Of a stretch of DNA of 64,000 nucleotides, positions 38,043-50,283 are shown piece by piece. The notes beneath the pieces are model-generated. The model was not told the DNA's origin, made no database searches, and saw only the letters and a list, made by a program, of their open reading frames with translations. The stretch is from Macrostomum lignano (taxonomy: Eukaryota): NCBI GenBank assembly GCA_002269645.1, contig NIVC01000011.1, positions 368,647 to 432,646 on the forward strand. Direction: 5' to 3'. The position numbers and the translations under genes were made by a program. Within the stretch, counting starts at the first letter, position 1; each line of letters starts with the position of its first letter.

Positions 38043-39608
38043 TCCATATACTAAAAATGGTCTGTCTAAGAAAAACAATCTAAGAATATAAAGTATTCAA
38101 AAATGTATCAACGCTGAAGGCTCTTGTGGTAAATTAGGTAAAGTATATTAGCTCAATTTGAGAAGACAACTTTTGACAATTTTTACTATAAATTAAGTAC
38201 TAAAAATTAATGTGCAGGTATTTGCACTGAAGTTTTGTTTTACGGTTGTCCGGTGTATTAAAACTATATAGTAGAAAGCAAATGGGCAAATCATTATTTG
38301 AGAATTTTTTAAATTCCGTGATTTCGGCATCACATTTCTCTTTCTTTTTAGAAAATCGTGTTTATTTAATTTTAAATCTATAGGTGCAATAGACTCGTGC
38401 ACTGTATCCTTGGTTTAATTGTCATTGTGTCCCCAACGGCAACAATTACAGTTAGCTAGACATGAAAAGCAGCAGTTGGCGGAAGAAAAACGGGCTAATT
38501 AGCGACCTCATATGTAAAAAAACTGCTTTATTTTTGAAGAGCTAAAGTGAAAAATAACCTTTTTCAAAATTTCTCGCGAAAAATGTGACTGCATGGAATC
38601 AATAGTAGGTAAAAATTAAAAACATATATGTGTACTGTACAGTGTACGTACCCTGCCAGTGTAGGGTCGAGATCAGGCCAGTCCAAGTGGGAACATGCAC
38701 ATATACATCTGACATAGGGTGAAGCGCGGACAAGACCCTGCCTGCATGATGGGTCTCAATCCCTTGCTAATTGTTTATCTTGCTTGTACCGCCTGTATGC
38801 CGCCCCGATCAAAAAAAGTTGGCTTAGTTATGTCTTAAAGATGTCTTGCATAAGACAGAAAGATGTCTTCAAGACGTCTTAAAATTGACTTAATTCGATC
38901 TAAAAATTGTCTCCTTGCAACACTTGTAGACAACTTAGAGATAACTTAAAGATGTCTTAAGATATCTTCAAGACATCTTAAAATTTGCTTAAAGATATCT
39001 TCCAGATGACTTACAGAAGATGTCTTGCCCAAGATCATTTAAGAAATTCTGTTGCCATGGAAATTCAGTTTTTTAAAATAAAAAACGAAAAAACCACATT
39101 CCTTTATTGGTTTTGTTTCAGGCAACATTAATATTAAGGAAAAGCTATTTACACTTCTATACATGGTGGTTCAGCAATTTATCATTTGTATTTTTATTTT
39201 TAAAATGCAGTTTTAAGTTTACAGAAGCAGTTAAAATGTAAAATAAGAAAAAAGTAAAATACGCGTTTTAAAAAAGGTGCAAAAATACCTAGCACAAAAT
39301 ACGAAAGTATAATGCATAAAGCACGGAATCTAGAAAAAATTAAACGCATAGTAAGGTACTCGTAAGAAAAGTGATGATTGCGTAACATCTAAACCTGAAT
39401 ACAAGTGTAAACTTACTCAATACATAGAAGAAATTACTCCAAACCCCTGTTTGTTCTATAGTAAAGGAAAAAAGAATACGGCAACACTTAACACTTGACT
39501 TAGATTGATTCTTTTAATCCATATGTAGAAGATACAACTTCTATGGTAAAACATTGTCCTTTAAGCTATAGCTAAGAAGGCTATCCATGGCTATAACTCG
39601 CAAAAATA

Positions 39609-40366
39609 CGAGGTGTGGCCAAAAAGTAACGAGAATTGCTGCTTAAATCTGAAAATACAAACTTCTACTAAAATTAATCGATGTCTTCTTGAAGCTCAGC
39701 TTCTCAGCTTTTATAGGAAGCAGTATTGTGTCGAAATGTTTTGGTTTTCATAATTTTTTAATTATTTTTCATTATAGCTGTCACACTGTTGTGTCACAAA
39801 ATAAACAATGAGCAACTAATCAACATCAAGTTTTTGGTGAAACTCGGCAAGAAGCCATCGGAATGCCTCCAGCTGCTTTGTGCTTTAACATAGAGATGAT
39901 GCTATGTCTCAGACAAGAGTGTATTAGTGGCACAAGCGATTCCGGGGATGGATGGGAGAGCCTCAAAGATGGTGGCAAAGTTCCTCACTGACGATCAGAA
40001 GCAGCTGCGATTGGTCATCGGGACATTGAGACAGTTTTTGGCCAAAAGACTGGTCGCAGAGTTGCGCCATCCACCTTATTCACCGGATATGTCACCGTGT
40101 GATTCCTGGCTCTTTCCCAAGGTGAAGCAGGTTCTCAAAGGATCCAGATTTGAAGACTTGGATGCCATCAAGGAGAGTGTGACAGGGGTGCTGAGGGGCA
40201 TCATGAAGGAGGACTTCCAGGGCTGCATCAGGAGCTGGCACTAGCAATTGAGGCGATGTGTTGAAAGTGGCGGCAATTACTTTGAAGGCTGCAGTTGACT
40301 GAATTTTCATTTTTTGTTTTGAAAGTTTTTGTAGCTAAATTCTCATTACTTTTTGGCCACACCTCG
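39609..40366 (+). mobile_element. Internally deleted mariner (Tc1/mariner) element nested in the EnSpm element
   Basis: TIR CGAGGTGTGGCCAAAAAGTAA(C/T)GAGAATT, TA TSDs; transposase fragments EQLINIKFLVKLGK..DAMSQTRVY*WHKRF and HPPYSPDMSPCDSWLFPKVK..LKG.RF..GGNYFEG with stops and deletions. Confidence 0.95.
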
Positions 40367-40924
40367 TAGCTAATATTTCATCATTTGTCACTTAAACAAA
40401 AAATGCTATAGACAAACTGGTTGCTAAAAATTGGCTTGCTACGAGAAAAACTCACTTGGAGTCAGGTTCAAATAAGAAAAAGCGCAGTCGAAGCATAGAG
40501 CCTGACAAGAGGCATTTTCAATTTTACGCTGCTACTTAACTAAGGCTCGGTGACTCAGCTACCGGAGTCCACCAAGATCTGGCCGCTTGGGGCGATGCTG
40601 TTCTAACCCTGAGAACCATACAGCGCTGGATGAAAGACGTCAATGACAAAACGTGGGAAGTGCTCGGCGATGGTGATAGGTCGGTTGGCGATGAAAGTGA
40701 ATGAGATGATCTATGAGAATCCCACCTCGCGTCTCGTGATCTAGCTGAGCGGTGACCATAGCACTGACAAGACTTTTGTTGTCCCAACTATAGTACTAAG
40801 AGGTTTTCCGGTAGCTAAGTATTTTAGCTACTAATAGTGCATAAAACAGCTCAAAAACGCTTAGCAGAACCCTAGCTTTTATAGAAAGTACAAAATTACC
40901 ACAGCAAAATTACGATTTTCAATA

Positions 40925-41510
40925 CTACAGGGGGAACAATACAAAATGATCCGACTGGCTGGCATGCGTAGCTAGATACTTAGCACAAAATTGGGAAGCG
41001 GGTATTGAGACAGGATTGTTCACATAACACTCTAAAAATTGATAGATGCCAAGCGCGGAACTCTTCAAAGGGAACGTGTAAAAGTCAGCCAGATTACGAA
41101 GCTGTACACAAAAAAGTGAGATTAGGTCATAATCAGTCTGAAAATCGCAGGAGTTGGATGAACGGGACACCAGAACATTCAACAGTTTATACAGGTTACC
41201 ATTTACTGCCTTAAAAAAACAATCTTTGCCGTTTGCACTGAGGACCCTGGATCCAATCTGAATAGAGAGGTACTGTTTGACGTCATTAGAATTGTGTGCA
41301 ATAGGGCAGTCTGAATGCAGTTGACGAAGGTGAATCGAGTCCGGCGATGGTACGGAACGAATGCGTGGGACATTGACGAAACTGAGAGCTTGTTGTAGAG
41401 GCAAGAGAGCTTTCAAATCGGAACGCACTGAAGCTGTCTAATGTCCCAAACCGACGACAGCACTGGACCAAATGAAGTTGTTTATCATTTGGTGGGAATT
41501 GTGCTGTTGA
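40925..41510 (-). pseudogene. EnSpm-type transposase C-terminal remnant (frameshifted)
   Basis: QLHLVQCCRRFGTLDSFSAFRFES, frameshift to LPLQQ.., then DFYTFPLKSSALGIY and terminal VLFPL, motifs typical of animal EnSpm-like transposases. Confidence 0.8.
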
Positions 41511-44180
41511 TTGATCACTTGCTAACCAAATACTTAGGATTGGTTCAACCCAAGAATTTTCAGTGCCTAGGTTAGCCTGAACAACAACAAATGGCATTGG
41601 TCACGCTATGGCTGAAAAAGATAAGTTTATTAAATATTATAGTTTACTAATTTTTAAAGTTAGAACAACTTAAAATGTGTAAAATAAGTTATAAGTTAAA
41701 ATAGATGCTAGTGATAAGTAAATTTAATTTAAATTAAATAAAAAATAGATAGTATAGAAAAATAATCATATACTAAAGACAAATAAACCAAAAACAAATG
41801 AGATTTTGAAAGATATTTCTTTTTTCATATTATATGAATTTTTGCCAAAGTAGATGCCTTATTTATAAAATCACTCACACAATAAAAAAGCTGTATCTTA
41901 AAGTCTTAGGCTCAAAATGCATAGGAAAGGATCATAACATAATAAGGAAATATTATTTGCTTTCTACTATAGCCAATATCTTTAATTTAATATTCTTGGT
42001 TTTTTAAATATAATTTAACATATTAATAATCATTTTATCTTTTTACTTGGCTTAAGAATAAAAGTAACAAAAATTAAGAGTATTATATTGGAAACAAAAT
42101 AAAAGCTATGAAAATAACTTTGGTCACTCAGTTTTACTAACATTAAAACTAGTGTTAAAATATAAATAAACATGTATATTGTTCCAGATAATAACTTATT
42201 CACCCCTTACCTTTTGGTTAAGGGGGGGGGCATAACCAGTGGTAGTGCAGCTGCTCTGGTATGCTGCAACCCAGGTTTGATTCCAAGTATAACCACATTA
42301 ATTTGGGGCTGAATTGGAATTTTAGCTTGGCTTGCTTGTGCAATTAACAGCCTTGAGAGCCAACCCCCAAGGCGCAGTGAAGTGTACATGCCTAACAATT
42401 GATAAAGTTAGGGCCGCTGTACACTCCTATGTGACTGTGTGCCTGCGTAACGTATCCGCGCGCTTGTATGCCTGCTCAGGGGAGTCGGCAGAATGGGCAG
42501 TAATGCCTCTCGCTGGTTGTGTGCCAATGATGCTTAAATTGTGCCAGGGTGCACACAACCACCTTGCCTCTAATAAAAATACTTTATGGCTTTTGGTTAC
42601 CCATTAAATTTTATATAGCACAATAATTTATTAGCAAAAACCAATTTATATAGGCCTAGGCCTATTTAAAATTTTCTTGCTTAATCTTGCTATAATAAAT
42701 ATTACTAAACTAAAGTCTTACATCATTTATTATTCACAAACAGATTAACTGCTCTAGCTATTTATTTAACTTATGCCATAATGCAATAATATAGACTATA
42801 CTATAGACATAGTAGTATAGTAGGCCCTATTAGACAAATTTAAACAAAAGCCAAAAAGGTCTAGCTAAAATCTATAATTAGTTAAGTTAATTTGAAACAA
42901 TACTAGAAAATAGGCCTAACGCATGACATGACTTAGTACTAGTAGGCCTAGCTGGCCTAATTTATAAAGTCAATCAAGGCCAAGCCACTTATCTATAAAT
43001 TCAGATTCCAAAACTTAAACCAAAACATAGGCCTACATCAAGGCCAGAAAACTGTAACTCGAACAATCAAAATAGGCAATCGAAGTCAAAACTATCACAC
43101 CACCATGGAATAGGACGAAAACATATTGATACGCGAGTGTCAGCTATTGCTCGGGCTTCGTTGTCTTTGGCTTTTTAAAAAAATGTTGTTCCGCCATATT
43201 GATTTTTGCTGTTTTTAACAAATGAGTCACTTATAAAAATATATACTATACTTTTATCTTTTTAAAGGGATTTATTTTTTATTTAAAAAACAAAACATTG
43301 CTTTATATTTACAGTGTTGTTGTTTGTAATTCTACTCGAGGTTCATAACGATAAAATAAATATGTATATATTTTGCTCTACAAACATAATTGAATTCTTT
43401 AAAAATTAAAAATACCTTCGTAGAATATACAATACAGCAAAATTTATTGAATTCTATCAGAATTGTTGTTTTTCGTTTTTCTTTAATTTGATCCAATTGC
43501 AGGGAAATTTGTATCTGAGACTTCCTACTGACAGTAGAAACCATAGTTTAGTTAATTTTTTAGACTTGTAGGTGATATCTTAAAGATGTCTTGCACAAGA
43601 CGTCTCACAAAAGTAAATTTTAAGTCATCTTGAAGACAACTTCGTCAGGATGGCTTGTGGAAGCAATGTTTAAGATATCTTGAAATTGTCTTGAGGTGTC
43701 TTTAGCCATCTTAAGACAATTATAAGATGTCTTAAGACGACTTCTTTTTGATCGGGGCGGTGCACCACACGCGTACATGTAGCTATAGGATCTACATGTA
43801 ATATTTATACCATGGTTTCAACATCGCACTACCTTGGGGGCTGCATATGTCTGCATCTGACAGAAGTGGCAGGTGAGAGTATTCTGAAGCAGAAAAAGCT
43901 TCCAATATAAAGAACCCAATATTAAATGTATATGTATGTATACGTACTACTCAATAAATCACCTTAGAATTAGCGATTGACATATATGTAGTACAGTAAA
44001 TGCAGTACATGTATAGCGTATCCAGGCATCATTCGCAGAAAATTTCTGGTAGATGTTATAGTGAATGCTTTATCATGAATCGTAAAACAAGGGGCTGCTC
44101 GGCCGCAGGCAAACAGCTTTTTACTTGGTACATGTACAAGCGCGATAAAATGTTAAGTAACTCATTCTCTTTTGTACAGC

Positions 44181-44597
44181 CAGGGGGGCGTCGCCACTGG
44201 AGGGCAGAAGGGACATGCCCCCGGCCCCCCGGCCCAGTATTGATTTGAGCCAATTAAATGTAAGAATGGCTAAAATGGAACAATTATGCAACAATCAATC
44301 CTTTTTGCGATGTCATTTTTTAAAAAAATGACATGAATAATCGATATTTTGATGTCGTTTCGATATATACCCTTTCCCAGTGTGGAGGAGGAATCCCTCC
44401 TACGCGATATTTCACCATTTGTCACCCGATATGAAAATAAAAAAAATGTTTTCAGGACGCCACAAAGAAGGCGCCTCGATCGACGCCAAAATGTGTTCCT
44501 GGGGCGCCAAAATAAGCCCTGAATTTATAATCATGTAGAATTCTTGGCTTTGTCGTCCCCTCCGACCCCCACCATAAAATCCATAGCGACACCCCTG
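44181..44597 (-). mobile_element. hAT-family MITE with perfect 8-bp TSD TGTACAGC
   Basis: CAGGGGGGCGTCGCC...GCGACACCCCTG; TGTACAGC at 44173-44180 and 44598-44605; same family as 31680-32190. Confidence 0.9.
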
Positions 44598-44993
44598 TGT
44601 ACAGCTATGGGTGAAAGCATTGTCTTTTACGCCTCCGAGACCTGGGGGCTTTCGTATCCTGGAACCTGCAATTGGGACCCTATAGGATAGGTCAAAATTC
44701 TAATAGAGAGAATCGATTTCAGAACTTCCAAAGGATTTCTCAATGTTCTCTCCAGACATAACCGTAGTGCCAATCTGTGACTCACAGAAATATAAAGACT
44801 TTTCTATTCATTTGAATTCAGAAAACTTGACCAGCGTGAAAGAAAAAATGACGTCTGTAGAATTCAAAGGCTACATTGGTCTAAGAGAATGCATTTAATG
44901 TGCCGTTCTTAGTGGCTGAAACAGTCTGAGTCAGAGAAAAGCAGGTAATATCTACTTATTCACAAAGATTGTAGATTGGTATTGAACCTACGG

Positions 44994-45000
44994 TATATAA
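44994..45000 (+). promoter_or_regulatory. Candidate TATA box (TATATAA) for the C-type lectin gene
   Basis: 47 nt upstream of ATG 45047; positional inference only. Confidence 0.45.
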
Positions 45001-45046
45001 GCCTTTGAATTATTTGACTTGGTTTCAAGCGCATCCATGCTCGACA

Positions 45047-45760
45047 ATGTTCCTACTGCTGCTAATTCTGCCGAGCTGTTGGCAGTCAGTGCCGGCCCTT
45101 CTGTGCCCAGCCCCATTCAGCATTGAGGCCGATAGCAAGTGCCTGTTCGTGAGCACAGCTCACAGCCACAGCTGGTGTTCAGCCAATTCGCAGTGCGCAT
45201 TGATCGGAGGCGAGCTGATCAACTCGTACAGCTCGCTGCAGCTGCTGATCAATGGAAATATTACACGTGCCGTCGACTGCAGCTGCGAACTGTGGGTCGG
45301 ACTTAGCGATCTGGCTGATGAGAGAGGCAACAGCAGAGCTGGCTGGCAGAGGGTCAACGGCAAAGGACTCTATCCGGAGGACAGGGCTTTGTCCGCTACG
45401 GGTTATAGTGAGGAAAACTGTCTTCGAAAGGTAGACAACCTAATTGCTGATATTCCCTGCGGCAATTCATACGGCTTTGTATGCGAGTTTGTGGATCCGT
45501 CTGCCTTCAAGCCAACTGCTGGCATCTGGAAAGCTGATGAGTTCAAACGGGCGAAGTACAACTCTTTTTACTGCTTCACTGACGTGACGAACGTGAGCAG
45601 CGCTGTCGAGTGCACAGCGGCCGCCATGCGCAATGGAAACTGCAGACACGTGCTGTACAACAGCAAGCTGAGAGCCTGCCGCCTGCTGCTGTTCACCGAC
45701 GCTCAGGTGGAGGAGGAGATCGAGACGAGCGCAGACTGGGTCAAGTACCGACTTGAGTGA
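45047..45760 (+). CDS. Secreted C-type lectin domain + C-terminal PAN/apple-like domain protein, intronless, 237 aa
   Basis: Signal peptide MFLLLLILPSCWQSVPA; CTLD CP..F....KCLFV...SW..A..QC...GGEL, LWVGLSD, ENC, DIPC....GFVCE; C-terminal VSSAVECTAAAMRNGNCRHVLYNSKLRACRLL. Confidence 0.9.
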   Translation: MFLLLLILPSCWQSVPALLCPAPFSIEADSKCLFVSTAHSHSWCSANSQCALIGGELINSYSSLQLLINGNITRAVDCSCELWVGLSDLADERGNSRAGWQRVNGKGLYPEDRALSATGYSEENCLRKVDNLIADIPCGNSYGFVCEFVDPSAFKPTAGIWKADEFKRAKYNSFYCFTDVTNVSSAVECTAAAMRNGNCRHVLYNSKLRACRLLLFTDAQVEEEIETSADWVKYRLE

Positions 45761-46149
45761 CTTGAATCTACAGTAAACTGCAGTATACATCTATCTATAT
45801 ATACATTTAGCTCGCATACAGTGTAATAACGATATAAATACACATGTATAATGCACATGATTTCACTAGCTGCATTACATTTTCTATCTACTGCAGTGTT
45901 TTATTCTAGGGAATTGGCCTCCCAAAAATCACATGTACACGAGCTTTGAGTTTTAGATATACACCCTCTATATACTACAGTGCTCCTTGATGCTACTATA
46001 CGACTGTTTAAACCCCGCACAGTTGTTACATGCATTACATGTAACGGGCCAGCTAACCATATTAACCATATTTAACCATATTTAACCATATTTAAGTTGT
46101 TTTTACGTTCGCATACTCTTCTGCTAACAGTTAGTTACAGTAAACGTTG

Positions 46150-49100
46150 TTATCCTGCACCGCGGCTCGCGAGATAGCGCCGCCGCCTCCTGGTGCTACC
46201 GCCAAGCATGCTAGTGGTTCTTTTCAAGGCCTCATCGGAGAGTCGCGATTCTTCTGCGGCTGCCAAGGGCGGCACAATCGAAGTGAGCATCGACGCAAAG
46301 AACGATCGACGCCGTGAGAGAAATCGCCGTGGTCGACCTTGGGGACGCGAGCGACGAGCCGCAGGCAGCCGGCCCCTTCAAACTGGTGATGCGGATCCGC
46401 GCTGGGTGGCGCCAAAAACCGTGAGGTTCAAAATCACCGGACACCAGCCGAACCAAAATGCGCATAGCAATTTAGCTCAGAATTGCTACCTGGAACTGAC
46501 GAACTCTTCGAGCAAAGCGGAGACAACATCTTTTGGACCAGCTTGCAGGTGACAACTTGATATTATTATGCTACAGGAGCTCTCCATCACGGCCGAGCCT
46601 GGGCTTCACCAGGAGCACCTAGTTGGTGACTGGCTTCTGCAATACACATCAGCGGACTCTAAAGCACGGGGAGGAATTGATGATTCAGCAAAGTACAAGC
46701 TATGAGAGCCTGTCACCGCGGCTGCTGCGCGTCGACATTCGACTTTGCAGGCGTAACATGTGGCTCTTCTGCTGCACACCCAGCTAAGTAGAGCAGTTTC
46801 TGGAGTTCCTGTCAGCGCAGCTGAAGAAGACCGCTCAACTTGACACTTTACTGGATCTCAACGCCGTCATACGAAGGTCCGAGCACGCCCGCTTTGTAGC
46901 GCCACGCGAAAACAACAATACTAATGCTCTAATGGATTTCATGGACCGCCACGATCTGGTCTCAGCAAACATGCTGTTTAGGAAGCCGCTTCACAGATTG
47001 GCAACATTTGCTGGCTGTAAACGGCCACGTTGGAAAGCGTACGGAAAACTTCGTACTCGCACAGCTCGACCACGTGCTGTTTCGCCAGCGAGAGCGACGG
47101 CAAGTGACCAACTGTGACACGGTGGCTCCGCTGGCAGTGCGATCAGACCAACAGGCTGCTCTACTGCGACCTGCGCCTGAGGGACCCGCAAAATTATTTA
47201 TCGACCACCGAAAAAACAGCCCAAAGCGCTACTTATGCGCCCTACGCGACCCGGTTAGAAGTGGCCGCTTCTACCCGGCCTTTGACGAGGCGCAGAAAGG
47301 ACGACCAGACACATCAACCCCAGCAGAGTACCCGGACATCAGTGCCGCCATCCAATCCGCCGCTACCAAGACTCTTCCGTTGGTGAAGCCAGCAGAAAGG
47401 AACCGGCCAGTGTGGCAAGATGACGAAGTGCTGCGGCAGACGCAGCTGAAAGTGGAGAGACTGTGGAGAAGGCGACAGCCTACGGAGAAGGAATAAGAGT
47501 CTCTAGCAGAGACTTTTTAAAGCCCGGCAAGGCGCCGTGGTTCAGACCGCTATTCATGAGATCACAGACGCCGGCCCCGACAAGAAACCGCACGCCGACT
47601 GGTCGGTCGTTAATCATCTGACAGGCTGAAAGAGTCGCAACGCTCTAAACCTGGCGGGTGATACGCCTGAAGAGAGGTGAAATGAGCTGCGGACCTTCTT
47701 CTCTGGTACAGTCAACGCGCCTTCCTCCGCCGCAAAGGGACGACGACATGTCATTGTCCTCGGAGGTTGCGCTTCCAGAGGAGAGCTCCTTTAAAACCAT
47801 CCCCATCACCATCGACGAGGTGCTCTAACTTGCAAAGAAGACGCCGCCAGGCAACAGGGCTACTTGACACGACGACGTGCCTGTCGAGGTCGGGTTGGAA
47901 GTCACACGAGTGATGAACTGCGTGCTAGCTGCGGGCCCCGCCCCTGCTGAGTGGTGGACTGCGCATATCGTCGGGATGCCTGTGATGAAATAATGTGGCG
48001 GCCTCGAAAATAATCGACAAGACAAATACGGCAGAGGCAAATTTGTAGCGGTAGCACTTGGCAATAATGATGACTGGTGCGGGCAATGGCCGCAGACTTT
48101 GTTTATTGTAACGGAGATAGATCAAAGTACTAGTTGAATTCGCAAACGATGCACTGGCGGCTACACAACAATAAGTTAATGGTAGGAGGCAGAGTGGGTC
48201 GATGAGTTTGAGGCAACGGTGACGAAGTGATGGCGGTGAACGTACGGTGGCGGCGCTCGTAGTTCGAGCTTGAACTGACAGTAGAAGTGGCGTGACTGAG
48301 GCTGGCGAAGGCGTGGATAGAATCGTGGCGGAGAGAGTAGGCAAGTAAACAAGGAGTGAGAGCCCAAGGGCGGGCAGAGCGGCACAGGGGTGGCGCGGGA
48401 GAAACGGGGTCTAACCCCGAGCGCCCAGCCAGACAGGACTGATAAAGAGCAGGCTGGGGGTGGGCGCGCGAGGAGAACTTAACATAATTAATGCGCGGAT
48501 TTTCTATTGGCCGGCTGAAAAAACAGAAAACAGAAATTATCGATCGTGCACTGTACGCAGGCTTTACAAATGTACGCAAGCAGATTAAAATTCTTTGGAC
48601 ACTACTTTAAGCAGACGTGAGGTACGAAACCAACAATATTATAGATTGGTACCGTATGCTAAAACGGCCCTTGGCGGGGCTACTTAAACTGACAACGTCA
48701 CATGCCAAAGAAACCAGGTTTCGTCAAAATCAAAGAGCATCGCGGGATTTTACTAATGTTCTGCACTGCTAAGCTGTTTAACAGGGTTCTGCTGTCGCGA
48801 CTGCAGCCGGTGCTGGACCCGTTCCTCCGGCGCGAGCAGAACGGATTCTGGCCCAGGCAGAGGCAACGTGACCCAAATTCTCGCTCTCCACAAGTCGAAC
48901 ATCATCTGCATCTTCGTGGACTTCCTGAAGGCCTTTGACTCGGTGTCGAGGCAGGTCATCGCGAACATCCTGCGCGCATATCATACCTGAGCAGCTGGTG
49001 ATGGCTGTGTTAGCTCTGTACCAGGAGACTAGGGCTGCAGTTTTGACACCGGGTGGCCTTTCCAACTTTTTCGACACGTCAGCTCCGGCGTTCTCCAAGG

Positions 49101-49855
49101 GGAAACCTTGCATTTCTGTTCATCCTGGTCCTGGACTGGGTACTGCGCACATGGCCTCCCTGACGACTGTAACGGATTTTTGCTCTGCCGCAGAACAAAG
49201 CACCCGGCCGGGGTGCTGGACACACCGAGAAGTGACTCTCCGTTCTAGCATACGCGGCCGACCTAGCGCTGCTGTTGGAGCTCAACGCCTGCTAGACCAG
49301 CTGACGGCGGCCGCTGGGATCGGACTGTCCGTGAACAACAAAAAAGACAATGATGCTGACTGTACATATATACGGACCTTCCAGCTGAGATCTACTGCCG
49401 CTGCACGAACAGGTAGGTGGCGTTGCTGCCGCGCTGCAAAGAGTTCATTTAACCTTGGCGGTCTTTATTGTGCCAAGCATCATTTGGACGACATGATGGC
49501 ACGGTGTAGCCAGGGCGCTTGCCTGCAGGGGCGCATTCCCCACCTTGCGGACTGTCCTGCAGTTCCCCGTGCTGCCGGACCGGCTGAGAGGGCGGCTGCT
49601 TCAGGCAGTCCCATATACAGTAGAAACCATCCTCCTTACAATGCTGAAAAAGTGGACAGTGACCATCCCAGCCCGGCCGTAGAGCGGCAACTCAACGCCG
49701 CTCATGCTGGATTTCTGAGAGCCGCCTTTGGTGCCCACTACTCGCCGACCACCACCACCAACACCAGCAATGACGAGGATACCGACGGGCCCAGCTCTCC
49801 CAGGCCCAGCCACCCAGCTGCGGTCCGTACACGCGTTGTACGGTGTAGTAGGAAT
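46150..49855 (+). mobile_element. Decayed non-LTR retrotransposon (APE + RT, RTE-like clade), interrupted by a solo LTR
   Basis: APE fragments RIATWN, LDIIMLQE, DLVSANMLFRK, QLDHVLFR..RSD; RT fragments EWWTAHIVGMP|KKPG..HRGILLM..AKLFNRVLLSRLQPVLDPFLRREQNGF and LAYAADLALL (YADD mutated); many frameshifts; ends approximate. Confidence 0.88.
47981..48702 (-). mobile_element. Solo LTR (722 bp, Gypsy-like) inserted in the LINE RT
   Basis: TGTGATG...CGTCACA inverted termini, 4-bp TSD TGCC (47977-47980, 48703-48706); AATAAA on the minus strand near 48105; removing it rejoins HIVGMP-KKPG. Confidence 0.9.
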
Positions 49856-50173
49856 ACTCGAAATTAACGTAAAACTAAAATATATATACATCGGTGTCAA
49901 CAGACCTGAACAAAAAATCCACAGAGGTCCCACTGGCCCAAAATATCCACATGTACCCGCCTCCGGAATTGATCGGAACCCCGCGCGGCAGACGAAGTAC
50001 ATTATCCATGTAATCACAGCGGATTCGAAACGACAATATTTGCCCCGGAAAACTCCAGACTGAAACGCACAAATTAAAAAATCCCTAAACTACCAGCTTC
50101 CCTTTTCTGAACCCGGCCAAACCTATAATTACTTGCATAAAAAAGTGGAAATCAGCATCAAACAAATTTTTCA

Positions 50174-50279
50174 ATAAACCATAGAAATAAAGACTTTCCA
50201 TGACAATATTTGCGTTCTCCGGGATTTTATTTGCTAATATTCAATAATATCCCGTAAAGTCTTTATGTCTATGGTTTAT
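50174..50279. repeat. 24-bp inverted repeat (ATAAACCATAGA(A/C)ATAAAGACTTT), MITE-like, 106 bp
   Basis: Arms 50174-50197 and 50256-50279, one mismatch. Confidence 0.8.
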
Positions 50280-50283
50280 ACGA

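Larger units (their letters stand above)
38804..43756 (-). mobile_element. EnSpm/CACTA-type (CMC superfamily) DNA transposon, decayed, about 4.95 kb including nested mariner
   Basis: TIRs CCCGATCAAAAA at both ends, 2-bp TSD GC, many palindromic subterminal AAGA(T/C)(G/A)TCTT repeats at both ends, internal EnSpm-like transposase remnants. Confidence 0.88.
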
